Assembly: GCF_000143415.4 (NCBI RefSeq)
Contig: NW_003314282.1
Coordinates: 2,036,765 to 2,100,764 of the forward strand
Length of the DNA: 64,000 nt
Reading direction: 5' to 3'
Origin: Selaginella moellendorffii
Taxonomy: Eukaryota; Plantae; Lycopodiophyta
In this document: in pieces, positions 39,112-59,224 of the stretch
How positions within the stretch are numbered: position 1 is the first letter of the stretch
Layout: each line of letters opens with the position of its first letter
Notes under the pieces: generated by a model
The model's input: the letters and a program-made list of their open reading frames with translations, nothing else
What the model was told of the DNA's origin: nothing
Databases searched by the model: none
Program-made: the position numbers and the translations under genes

Positions 39112-40573
39112 TTAGGTGTGAAGTCCAAGTATATAGAACCTTAGCTTCTCCATGTCTTGGTATTTTTCAAGCTTGCTCCGGATTTTGAAATTGTAAATCT
39201 TTGAGCAGATACCATCAATATGTAGTGAGAATGCAAGGTAGTTCTCATCTTGCATTGTAGCTAGTTCCTTTGCTGGCATTCCCACTATTTCTTGTGCAGC
39301 CTCTTGAAATGCAATGGCCCACACATGACTGCTACTATCCTCGATGCACATCTTTAGAGCATATTTGAACTCCATGTTGGCAGACTCAATATTGCAATAA
39401 CTGCAGAACCAGCCATCTGCTGTTCGGGAAGTTTTTTTTGCCACATTGCCGTGCATTCATGACATTGATGCATGCATTATAGTAAAACTCTTCTGTCTTC
39501 ATTTCCTTCATAGTAGCTATCACTCTATAGATAGGAGAACTCTGTAACACCTTTAACTGCATGTTTGATATCTCTGATAAAGTAGTGGTGCAGCTAATAG
39601 TCTGTCTGGATGATGAAGTGCTCAAATGTATGAAGTTAGTGACATTGTAGTACAATGTCATCCATTCTCTCAAATCAGCCATTGCTTCCATTTCCGGTTC
39701 AATAAGAATGGTGCTCACACCAATTGCTGAAAGTGATTTACCATTGTAGTCCAATACCTTTCCACCCTTGACACATATTATTGGCTGAACTCCACTGTCC
39801 TGTATATATGAGCCCTCTTCTTCTGCTTTTAAATCCCAGAGACATAGATCAACACTATGGCCTGAATCATCACCTAGACACAATGTTCTCTTCTTCACAA
39901 AAGTTCCACTGTCACGAGATGTTACCGTAATTGTACTGATCCATATTACGATACCAACCACATCGACAAAAGGTCCCTTTCCTTCTAACATGCATCTAAG
40001 ATGCTTGTTTTTGCCAAGACAATTCTTGGGAATGATGCATCCTCATCCAAAGCTGTAAACTCCATACCTTTGTTAGCCTGAATCTCCCATGTCGCTTCAA
40101 ATGGTGTGTATGCCTGATTGGAACGTCGTATTCCACCACTACCAGAAAATGAATACACTGTACCCTGTACAATCTTATCTGACAAAATCAAGGCACAATC
40201 ATCAGAACCAATAATTCTGATCTCTGTTCCCTGGACATCAACAACGTCGAATGATATTATGCATCCAGATCTTTTCTTGTTGAAATGTATCAACTTGTTC
40301 TTGTGTGTGACTCTTGCACAGAAGGACCACCTGTAAGAACGGTCACTGATTTCTTTGATGAACACCTCTTTTATGATGGCCTTTGTTGAGCTCTCTCCCT
40401 GTATCAAAGGGAACAAATTGAATAAACTGGTTTAGACATGAAATACCTTTTCCATGGACTCCTGGGCTCGTTTTTGTCCCTGGCAAGTTCAATTGTAGCA
40501 GTTTTTTAGAATTAAAACCAAAGAAAGGACTTACCACTTTCATATCTTGAAGGATAGGTTTCATGGTGTTCAA
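39112..40573 (-). pseudogene. RPA70-like ssDNA-binding protein (OB folds plus C4 zinc finger), intronless and disrupted
   Basis: RWSFCARVTHK, FDVVDVQGTEIR, FVDVVGIV, YYNAC...C.KK...WFCSYC...KYALKMCIEDSSSHVWAIAFQEAAQEIVGMPAKEL. Split across frames by a stop and frameshifts. Confidence 0.85.
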
Positions 40574-41200
40574 GCGCTACAATTATAATATTACCTCTGT
40601 AACCAGAAAGCTGTGCCTTAAAATACGAAGCTTCCTCAGATTTAAAGGTTTTGAGTACATGTCAACCAAGGGTTTACCAAATAACGTCATAAATGAAGCA
40701 GAGGCAATTTTGAATGTCAACTTTCCAAATTCTTTAAGATGTCTACTGCTTTCTATGGATGGTCAGCCAGAAAATTGTATCATCAGTGGTCTACAGCATC
40801 AAGAATACAGAGGTTTTATTGGTACTTATTGGACCTTCAATACATTTATATGCTCGAAATTACTTTCACTCTGAGAGATTTGCTCATTCACCATAGACTT
40901 GAGATTATCTGTGCCTTGTTTCCCTGCTAACTTGGTATCATTTGGTTGCTCATTGGATGCATCGAAAATTTGCTTTATAAATGTTCATTCAAGTAATCTG
41001 GACTGAACGTTAAAGAAGTCTCATTAGTAAATGGTTGAACAGGTGATATTTTCATAACTTCAAAAGATTTCAGACTCAATTCTGAAGTTATGTTGTGTAC
41101 ACCTATATCTGTTCGTGGTGAGATGTCACTCATTTGCTGGCTTGCAAAGCTTTCATCTAATCTCCATACTGGAAAATCTCGTTTACTTCAATTAAAGCTA
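40563..41200 (+). pseudogene. SKIP16/FBXO3-like (SMI1/KNR4-type) domain fragment
   Basis: INEAEAILNVNFPNSLRCLLLSMDGQ...RGFIGTYWTFNTFICSKLLSL resembles the recalled SKIP16 LPLPTRLLYRFCDGQ...GLIGGY...VHLLPL region; disrupted. Confidence 0.5.
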
Positions 41201-43102
41201 TATTTCAAGGTGGTTTGGCAGCAAATAGACTGTATCATGTAAGGCTTTACCAATTTGTTCTTTGCTAATTCATTGTGTCTATGTCCTTTAGCATGGTTGT
41301 GTACCAATACCGGAGTTGTCATCTTTTGCCAGTGGTGAGTTTACATATGTAGCATTTATATGCATAGATTCAGAATACCTCTCATTGTACAACAATATAT
41401 ACCTTTGTGCATTACACTAGTAAAAAAGTAATGTCAATGATACTCTTTTGCACAAATTTAGCATATGGTTTGGTTCTCAAGAGGTAGGGATCTTTACTTG
41501 GTATTATATAGATGATAAATTAGTGTACAGGAGTATTGCTATGATGGAAGAACATATGGTGTCATGACTAAAACATTTACATTGGAGGTTCCACTATGCA
41601 CTGTGTGGGTTGCATGCAAGTCGGCATTAGAAACTTTGACTAAATCCCTGGATGTATCTTTTTTGGATTGTATGTTTTAAAGTAGTTACATTACCATCTC
41701 ATAATATTATATTCACTTTGATACTCCTATCCTAATTAGTATTGTCTCTCTTTGACCTAAAATGAAACAGAATGCCCATAAATGTCCTTTTGGCAGCTCT
41801 GATTGCACAAGATACAAGGATTGCTTGCTCTGTGGATTCCAGAATTGCGCAAAGTCATATAAGATTTGTAATTCAGTCAAGCGATGTGAATATTGTTTGT
41901 TTTAAAAAGCTGTTCTGAAATTTCAAGATCAGCATGGTGTCCAAGAGAAAGATGCTTTGAAGGAAGTTTCAAAAGCTTGGAATTCATAACTAAAAATATG
42001 CAAGTATCATGTAATCACCAAAGTCATCAAACCATGCTCATTGGCTTTGGCAAGTAATTCATTTTATTTTCTGGCTTTTCCTCAGGGACAATTTACCAGC
42101 TACTACATTTGTTTAACATTTCTTCCCATCTATGTCACATTTTTCTAGAGTAGTGTCTGTGGCATTCGATTGTTACCTGTCCAACACCTCAATTTGATGG
42201 TGAGGAACCTTTACCTTGCAATAGACAATGTAGTGATTGGACATTGGCTCCTATGGCAAACCATCCCTATTTGAGCTGTTAATAGTTCCTGTCACAACAA
42301 ATAATTTTGTGGCATGTGGATTTGCCTAAACAACTATCAACCATGTGAGTAGTGCAAATATGGTTCCTAGGAGGCTCATTGTATTTATGTCACACCTAAA
42401 CAGCAAGTCAGCAAATGTAGTGAAATAAGATAGTGTCTTTCTTTAAGATTTGTAATGCTAAAGTTCACAAATTGCTTCTTCAAAGCATATTCTTCATGCA
42501 TGTTCCCCTTTCTGCAACCAAAGAATTGAATAAACAAAATTTTGAGACCCCATTGAATCAATAAAAAATTTAAATCAAAGAGAATTATTCTTGTTAATTT
42601 TGTCAATTATGTGGCATAATGTTTTATGATGCTCTAACACTCAAACTTTTTTTTTTTCAGTTTCTCCATCACTGTCCATTCTTTGGGTGACTTTGCTAGA
42701 TTAGCTTCTAAGGAAGATGGAAATAAGGGATGCTTGAAAACAAGCAAATTTACAGCTACAAAGTTGTTAATATCCCTATACCATGATCTTCAAGACAGTC
42801 AAAACAGAAAGGAAGCCTTTAATTCAAACAATGGATTTTGATGAAGCATGGTATCTACAAAAAATGGCAGAACCAAACTTGTTTGTGACCAGATTTGGCT
42901 ATCACACACTACCTCAACATAACAGCAAAGGAATTCCAAGGTGTTATTTCTAGCCTCTCTAGACAATTACATGTCTTTGTGATTAAATTGATTTGATTTA
43001 AACATTGTACAATTGTTTTTTCTTTTAGGAGACACCATTTTTTCGTTTTGGCAACCATTCCAAGTTATCTCTTTATTTAATAATTATTTATTTTAGTTTT
43101 AC

Positions 43103-46100
43103 TTATGTGTCAACCACTATCTTAAGATAAATACAATTGTGTATATGTCTCTTGTTAAGTTTACCTTGGTTCTTGCATTCCTCTACACATATGACTATTC
43201 GATCTTTAGAAGTACATCGTGATAGTGCAACATATAATTGCCCATGTCCAAAAACAGGACGTGGTAAGAAGATTCCGACATTATTTAAAGTTTGGCCCTG
43301 TGATTTGCATATTGTAATTGAGAATGCAAGTCTCAAAGGAAATTGTCGTCTTTTTAATACAAATGGCATGTCACTATTTGTAGGTTTTAGTATGATTCTT
43401 GGTAGTAAAACCTTTTTTCCTTCTCTATCTCCATGTAATATTTTTGCTTCTATTACATTTTGTAATGCTGATGTAATTATTAACTTAGTACCATTGCATA
43501 AACCTTTTTTTATGTCAAGATTTGGTAGAAGCATCACAATGCTTCCAATTTTTATATTTAAGTTATGTGGAGGCATCCCAGATGGTGTTATGGAGTTAAG
43601 ATATTCTACTGGGTAGTCCAATATCTCTTCAATGGAATCACTATCAATTGTATCCACACTTTTAAAAGAAAACAGTCTTCCTGACATCCTTGTTAGAATT
43701 TGTTCATTTATATCTAATGAATGATCATTCAATGTCGTTAAGATTGCTTTTTGTGAGTTACTTATAGAAGGTAACACTTTTTGACTGAACACAACATCTA
43801 TTATGGAGTTCTTGGTTATACATTTTTTTGGCAGCTCTACTATATCATTTTCATATCCATCAAGTCTTGGTAAATCACCATTTCCGAGTCTAATTAACCA
43901 CTCTGACCACTTCTTTTCATCTTTGTTAACGTGCATATTTTCTGTAAGTGTATATTTCACTACAGATGGCCATATAAAACTGGACTTGACACTATTTTAT
44001 ACAATTTGAACCCGTCGTGCTCTTTTAAGCACATGTAGTGTTTGTTTGAAATCACCGCCAGTTACAATAGTCATTCCACCAAATTTATCAGTACTACCTT
44101 TAATATCACGTATTACATGTTCTACAACATTAAATGCATGTACTGGAACCATACTTATTTTGTCCCAAATTAGTAAGTCTGTTTCTCTAATTTCATCAGC
44201 CTCCTTTGAATTTTCCCTTAAATCAGATGTACATGTTTCAGTGACTGGTACAAGTAGTTTAAATGTAGAATGTATTGTGCAACCACAAATTAACAGTGTG
44301 CTTGCAATTCTTGTCCATGTTACAGACAAAGTCTTTCTCCCAAGTGCTCATGAATGTGTTATTAATGTATTGAATAGAAAAGATTTTTTCTTATTCCTCC
44401 TACACCATCGATAAAAAATATTTGTGGTTCATTTTTATCATCCAATGCTTTACATACTTTGTCAAAGACATATTGTTGATCTTTATTCAGTAACAATTTG
44501 TTTCTTTCAATATCTTGGTATTCAAACATTTCATCCTCATATATATTGGTTATTTCTTTATTATTTTCTAGATATGTAGTACATGGTATAGTAATATCAT
44601 AATCTGAAAGGCATTTCCCATGTTTTTCTAGTAAAAAAGTAAACTCTTGAAGTGCATGTGCATATGCCACATCCTCATCATTGTATTTACGTATTAAATC
44701 TTCACACATATCTACTTTGTATTTATTCCATATTTTTTTAGGATCATTACCTCACAAAAGAGACACATTATTCCAAATAAATATCTAATTTTAGAAGGCA
44801 TTTGAAATGTGAGAAACTCCTCTAGACATCTATCCCATTCTTGGTCATCCTGTAATAATCCCATTGCTTGTGCAACTTCTCAATAACTATCATATTGTAT
44901 ATTTTTTCAATTACGTAAATGTTTAAAACTTGTTGCACCTTTATTAGACAACAATAATAAACGCATATAAAATCGTTCACTATCTTTTGGTGGTACAGTG
45001 TACATTCTACCTATAACTTTCCAACCTCATTATCTTTTTACCCATGTTTTCGTTTTTGCATTCTAAATATACCATTCTGGAATTTCTTGATATATCAATG
45101 TTCTAGCAAATTCATCTCTTTTATTAAATTCAAACAATTTAGTAAGTTTTGTTCTATGACCTTTCTCTAATGCAATTTCTTCTTCACCTTCATTGAAGTA
45201 AACACTTTGCAAATTTGGTAAATGCATATCTAATCTTTCAATTGAATGTGATCTCTCGTGTAAATCATATCCAAATAACCTCCATATTCCTTCAGTAGCT
45301 GATAAATAACAACAATTTCTTAATGCATTTATTTCATTCCAATCAAGAGTGTTCTCTATCTCTGCATTTCCTTATTTGTGAAAGTGTATCTTTGCACAAT
45401 CATGACCTTTATATATATATTTAAAAATATACTTCACACATTTCACGGTTGAGCAAACCTCTACATGGATATGAGTTTTATATTTACGTAAAAGATACTT
45501 ACTATAAGGAACAACAAACCTATTGTCAATTTCCATATTTTTAATGTAGATTTTCTGACTATCATAACGNNNNNNNNNNNNNNNNNNNNNNNNNNNNNNN
45601 NNNNNNNNNNNNNNNNNNNNNNNNNNNNNNNNNNNNNNNNNNNNNNNNNNNNNNNNNNNNNNNNNNNNNATGGATGTTCCTAGCTAGGTGCCTGACCAAA
45701 CTGATTTACATTCTCCTTTTTTGTAACATAGATTTTCAGAAAATCTAGGGCCATATGGACCATCTATCATATGTTTTTTCACAAGTTCATACAATTCAGG
45801 ATCTCTATTTGGATTTGGTATTTCTGCACTAACAATGTTGTCTACATCATCAATGGTTTTGATTTTATTTTCATTTTTAAGAATTACAAGTAGATGACAG
45901 TGTGGTAGTCCTCGTTTTTGGTACCCAATAACATAGACATATGCATTAACTTTTCCAAATATTTCTTTTTTGTATATATCATCTATTCAATTTTGTTTTT
46001 TAGCATGGAAAACACGTGCTATCAAATTTGGTCTATATGAAGGACTTTGTTCTGGTAATAAATTCTCAATTATCTCTTGCCATTTTGGGTTACACATCAT

Positions 46101-47606
46101 TGTAATAAATAAATTAAGTTTTCCATATTTTCTTACTAATCTTATAGTGTCTTGATAATTTTGATTTATATTTCTCAATCTGCCGATAAATCCTGATGGC
46201 AAAATCACAAGTTTTCCAGCACATATCCCTTGTTATTCTACTCTATTAATAACAAAATCAAAAAGACCTCCACATGCTTTGGCTCTCAATTCACATTGAT
46301 GGTTTTTTATCCAATCGAGACAACCACCCTCTACTTTAGTGTACATGTTAACTATGTATTGTTGGGATAATTTTCCACCCATTAAAACTGAATTAAATTC
46401 AATAATCATAAAACTATCTCTTATCAAACCATGAATAGCAAACTTGTAATGATAATACTCCATCATGGTTAATTTTAGTTCTTTTTAAAGATAAACCCTT
46501 ATTTGTGTATTTTAAATCTGGTGACCAACCTTCATTTCCATTTGGAAAAAGCAGTGGATATACCATAGGATCGCAACATGATGACACAATTGATATCTCT
46601 TGCATACTTTCACCTTTTGGATGTATTGCAATACTACAGTTAAATGGAAGCTCCCTGGTAGAGTTTGTAAACACTGCAGCAATTTCATTTGAATTTGGTG
46701 CATTATATCTTCTTGGATCTATTGTGTTTTCACCTTTAATATACATTACAATATTATGTAATTCATTATTTATATTTGAACTTGTCATTTGAAGCTCATC
46801 TTCCACATCTTTTGGCATTTTAAATGCCTTTGCATATGGATTAATTTCTCGTAATAAAGCATCTAATTCATTCATTAATCCTGTGCCATACTTACTATTA
46901 TATTTATTTTTCATTCTTATTTCTGTAGCTTCTAGTGTGTCTAAAATATAAAGCTGAGAATATTTTGCATCATGACCTTGCTTAGGATGAAAACTGCCAA
47001 TTGAATGGTATACTTGTCTATGAATTTTGAAATAATATGGCCATTGCCAATCATTTTATCAATATTTGCCCCCATAGATGCAAATGCCAAAGCACTATTA
47101 TAATTTCAAATTAATTCTTTAAATTTTCCTCGTTGGTCTGTTCCATCTAATAATTTACGAATCAGTTCAGGGAACTTAATTTGTTTTTCTATAGACACAT
47201 GTCCACCATGACAGCATTGTGATTGTGTTTCTGTAGCAAAAAGAAAAGCTTTACAATAATCACAATGTTTATCCATGAGTCCACTATAATCTGCTTTACA
47301 TTTACCATCTATGTTGTTTTGCAAGAGTCCTAAATGTTTAGTATTTTCCATGCTTTCTGTTCCATTTCTAGGATTTTCTTCATTAACAGGTAGGGTAATA
47401 AATTCAACAGTCTTTATAGAAGTGTTTTCTATGGATATCAATCTTGGAATTGTTGGGGGTTCTTCAAAGGATACCAGGTTTCTCACACTTCCATCCATGC
47501 TTTTATTCATATATAGAGATGAATTCAAGCTTGCTGAACTTCTATTTATTATACAGCCTTCATGTAAAATTAAATCACATGTTTTTCTCTTTCTTTTGCC
47601 ACCCAT
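43103..47606 (-). pseudogene. Helitron RepHel (HUH Rep plus PIF1 helicase), frameshifted
   Basis: CCHGG zinc motif, CDPMVYPLLFP, LFITMMCNPKWQEI, HUH motif YQKRGLPHCHLL (~45890-45925), IHSTFKL, GGDFKQTL, GMPPHNL, RRQFPLRLAFSITICKSQGQTL, VFGHGQLYVALSR. Confidence 0.93.
45570..45669. other. Assembly gap (100 N)
   Basis: Run of n characters. Confidence 0.99.
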
Positions 47607-49389
47607 TGATCTATAGGAGATTTTACAATCTCTTTTAGAAATAGAAGCTTAGACAGCGTGTGCAGGCTCTAGATGGTGAAAATAAGTAAATAGACAAATA
47701 GCCAGACCACAAGAAAATAGAAGCACATTGAATGTTGCCCTTAGGACTTTCTAATTATCTCTCAGAAAACACAGAAACAAAATTACCTCTTGACAAATGC
47801 ATCAGGCAACCTAATTGTGTAGTCCTTTTTTCTATGATTCGAAACAGTTTTTCTTAACCTACATGTCTATTTAGTTACACTCTTGAAAGCCTTTGACAGT
47901 AAAGAGGTTTACCACAGCTTTTTAAGGTAATATTATGACATTGTAATGAATGAATTGGGTGAAGATGAAGATTCAGAAATCGAGGAGAAGCCTTTGCCTT
48001 TACATCTGTTCCTTTACTCTTTGATTTCTGCATGTGAAGCTTTTATGCAGAATTGGTCAGAGTCTAGAACAATGCACTGGATCTTTGCACGGAAACATGG
48101 GGAACATTTGAAAGAACCTGGCACTTGAGGTGATATGCTCATTAAAGTTTGTGATTTTTTTATCTTGAGGCATCTTTTTTAGGCACTTCGAGCATTGACT
48201 TACATGGGTGGAGGCAGCGATTCCATTGAATATATTCCCAACCTTTCAACATCAGAAGGTTTGTAAATTAGCTGTTTACAAACATTCCTAATTCTCCCAC
48301 TAATGTATTACATACCTGGAAAGAGATGTATATAATGGCATTGCATGGATCACACTGCATCATACACTCCAATCAAATATACAGGCCCACTGTGTGTGGA
48401 TTGTTGAGGCACGTTCGTGACAAAAACTCATGAATTATGACGTAATCTACTTGCTCAGATAACTACAACTTAATGTTCTGCTCAACAAGCAGCCAGAAGA
48501 ATATCTGGTCTGTCTCTAGAGATTGCAAAGTTGTGTCAACGGTCCAAGACAACGGAACTGAAGCCAAAGTGATAGATGTTAAAAACTGGACGGAGCTTAT
48601 CTACTTCAAAGTATCCAAGTATCTGCAAAACAACATGTATTTAATATGGGCTTGTTTCATTTCCTTTTGCACTTACCCCTGTGCATTCCCTTGCAATATT
48701 CCGAAAAACAGTGTCAAGGAATTATTTTGGCATTATCTATTATACATGAAACAATGCTCATGCCTGTGACATTTGCTCTCTTGAAATAACCATCTCCTTG
48801 TAAATTAATGAAACATTTTGTTGGTGGAGTTTTAGAAAAAAATTCATTCATCAACTCTTTGAATAATTCCATCATGTTGCCATGGAATTTGAGTTGTCAT
48901 CATATAGATTATTGTTAGGTATCCACATGCTATATTGAACTTACTATTATCATATCAGACTCGTCGATGTTATCTGCTATTGTGAGTTGACCACTGTTTT
49001 AGCCTATATTATTGATGCTCACTACAACACCTTCAACAGAACCTACGGAGTCTCGGCCTCTACATGACTCCACAAAGTTTGCAATGCTGACACTTGGTAC
49101 AGACAGACAAAGTTGTGGCACTATAAGCTACTACCTAAAAGCTTACGTTTTCTTCTTAGCATAAGAGATGCTCATCATTGTGGTGGGTCAATAAAAAGAG
49201 ATATGCCAGATGCACTGGGCCTGGGTTGGAACTCAAGTCATCATGTTGTTTCGCATTTCTCTAGCATGACTCCACATTCAAATATATATAACCACAGATA
49301 CCACCTACTCAAAAATAAAATGGACATAACCATAAAGGAAGTGCATAAAGAAAAATAGGCAGCTAGCCTCTTCCCACTCTTTCATGAAC

Positions 49390-49608
49390 TGTGCTCCATG
49401 CACAGTGTGCGAGTGGAATCCCGAATGGGACAGCCTTTCGCCTGATGAGCAGGCCAGGCTCAAGGCTCAGCAGGGCGTGAAATACGTTTGCCTCGACAGC
49501 TTATAGGTGCTCAACTTCGAAACTCTGGAACCGGTTGCCAAGGATGGTGTCACCATTGGCGAAGTTTGCATGCATGGGAACATGGTGTTCAAGGGGTACT
49601 TGAACAAT
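49390..49608 (+). pseudogene. Second, shorter AAE fragment
   Basis: Near-identical to 36140-36358; TAG at 49504-49506; truncated after KGYLNN. Confidence 0.85.
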
Positions 49609-50053
49609 TGTAGAAGAGTTTTCAAGCATGTGATACATATTGCTTGATGTATGCAACACTTCATATTCAAGTATCATGCTAACATTGGCTACACTTCATA
49701 TGCCGTATGGAATTTTATATTAAAATTGATATGGTTAGTTATGTATCATACATAATGAATCATAATTATCTTATGTGTACCTTGTATAATTAGTGTGATT
49801 CACTAACGCCATACAATAGAAAATACAATAGAAGACTTCACTGAACAATCAGAATTTTAAATGCGATATAATGTTATGAGTTATATTTATTATGTTATGA
49901 TGTGTTGGTGATAGAGTGAATTGTAGAAGGGATTTTTAATATAAATATTATATTATGTTTAACTATGTATGTTATCATTATGATTATGTTAAAAATTACA
50001 ATTGCTATTACAACTCTTTGAAGTTACTAAAACATTAGAAATAAACACGATGC

Positions 50054-50083
50054 TCCCAGCATAGCTGGGACTTTAATCACTAA
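50054..50083 (+). mobile_element. Helitron-type 3' terminus (+ strand)
   Basis: Perfect hairpin TCCCAGC-ATA-GCTGGGA (50054-50070), 9 nt, then CTAA|T (CTRR consensus) after an AT-rich tract. Confidence 0.6.
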
Positions 50084-51089
50084 TTTTCTTGGTATTGATT
50101 GGTATGTACCTATACTATTTAGAATTCTAGATTAGTGGATTAACAGTGATATGGATGTATATAATCCAGGATATATACATTATCCTGGATCTAAAATCTA
50201 AGTAGCCGAATTATATAATTGGTTATATAATTTTATATGATCAATATAATCAATATAATTCATTTATGCAATCAATATATAATGCAATATATAGAAAAGG
50301 ATGCAATGCTCAGGCACGAGCTTGAGTACCTGAGAAGCAGAAATGAGCTCGAGCTTTTGAGTCTTCAAGCATGAGATTTCATAGGTGGTTATGTTAAAAG
50401 TTTTGAATGTGAAAGTGTGGGAAAGCTTACTCGATTGTAAAAAGTTCAGCCTTTTCTATATCATGATTTTTAAATACATATTCTGTAATTACATTAACCT
50501 CGAAGGATATGCCACTCTCAACTATTTTTTTCCCATGTGTCTTCATCTCCACCATTAAGCTCGAAAAGAATCTCGATTGAATATGTTGCCCTTGCTCTTT
50601 TAAATATAGAAGATAGATTTCAGCAAGTAGAATAGCTTTGGTAGGTGTTAGTTCTGTTTAGATCGTCATGCAACGATGCTGTTTCTTATTGATAAGTATT
50701 TTTGGTTTTTTTTCTGTTTTGTATTCAAGCAAACATAGCAATAGCACAATAGAATAGAGATTCTTGTATGTGCAGGTCACTCTTCTGAACTGTTTTCTGC
50801 CTGCATGTTTCCTTTTGAATGTTTTAAGCATTTTTAGGATCATGATCTGGAACGACATATAGACTTTTTTGTTTTTTACCTATTACCTTTACGAGAGAGA
50901 GCAAAACACTAAATAAAATCAAACATGGAAATCATTTCTATGTCCTGAGTTAATGTAAAAATATCATGTACTGAATCAAACCAAGCTCATGGCTTCAAAG
51001 TTGTGTCTATAAACAGTTTATTTAATGCTGTCTTATTCCTTCAGAAATGGCTTTTTTAAAAACAGTTCATGGCTTTGTCTGTAAGAAAG

Positions 51090-51275
51090 TAGAGTACGCT
51101 GCCATGTAGAGCTCCAATCCTTGTTCTCCACCACCTCAGCTGCCATGTACTTCGCTGTTGTGATATCTCCTAAAGGTGCTGATCACCACTTTGTCGCACA
51201 TGTTTAGCTTAGAAAGAATGTTGTGGAGCTTGAGATCCTGGTGAACCACGCCTCTCAAATAAATCTATTTGAAGG
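51090..51275 (-). pseudogene. Protein kinase fragment (degenerate catalytic loop)
   Basis: RGVVHQDLKLHNIL and YMAAEVV resemble HRDLKxxN and YMAPE; frames broken. Confidence 0.45.
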
Positions 51276-52140
51276 TCTTTACCAGCTGCTTGATGATTCT
51301 GGCTGCTTTCTCCTCACCAATCTTCTCGCAAATATGCTATATTTAAAAGACCAAATAATTATGGAATAACGCCTTAAGAAATGAAGGCAATATTTCCACC
51401 AACAAACGTAACCACTCAAGGAAAAATGCCTGTGCCCTGTCCAAAAGGAGACTCGGACAACACCACAAAGTTGGCAAACTTTCCTTGCGTCAGCGACCAA
51501 ACCAAATCCTCCAATGCAGCTGCCTACACAGCCGAGGATGAGTACCTGTGAATCAAAAAACAAGAACTGCATTTCAGTTTCCTCATCTGTTTTCTCTTAC
51601 CCTGCCACTGCGTCCCATGCAGAAATCCTTTCCTCGAGAATCCAGGGATGACTCCAGCCCGAAGGTGTTCTCTCCATGGCAGTGCGGATCCCTCCAACTG
51701 GATTCACTGCTACCACGTTAAGAGAAACCATTCATGTAACGCCAAAGAAAAAGTAATTGACAGGCTTACAGGCCAGTTGGATCCTAGAGCAACCATGCTA
51801 CCGTTTCCAAGGACGGACCAGAGGTTACATGTTCTAAAGCCAGGATCCAGGTTTGAGACTATCTTCAGTAGTTACTTCTTTTTCATTAGCTCCTTTCATC
51901 ATTTCTTTTCTCCATTTAGTCGTTTAGTTTGGTCTTTCCTTGTTCATTTGTCTTCTTTCTTCTCTACTATCCAGCTTACATTATTTGAATGTTCTTTAAT
52001 TTACATGCACATTCTTTTCCAGCTTTCAGGTCATGATTCTACTGCATCAGAGCCTAGGTTATCCTCCAGTGGTCACCTATAGGAGCAAGCCATGGATTCC
52101 AAGCATACTTTTAGATATACTCGGGATTATTCCAGGGTGT

Positions 52141-59224
<7,084 letters not shown>

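Larger units (their letters stand above)
38449..47606 (-). mobile_element. Degenerate Helitron (Rep/PIF1 helicase, RPA70-like and captured fragments); 3' end at 38449, 5' end not located
   Basis: Minus-strand hairpin CCCAG-TGGAG-CTGGG, 7 nt, CTAG|T at 38449. RPA70-like and RepHel frames lie upstream on the same strand. That they form one element is inferred. Confidence 0.75.
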
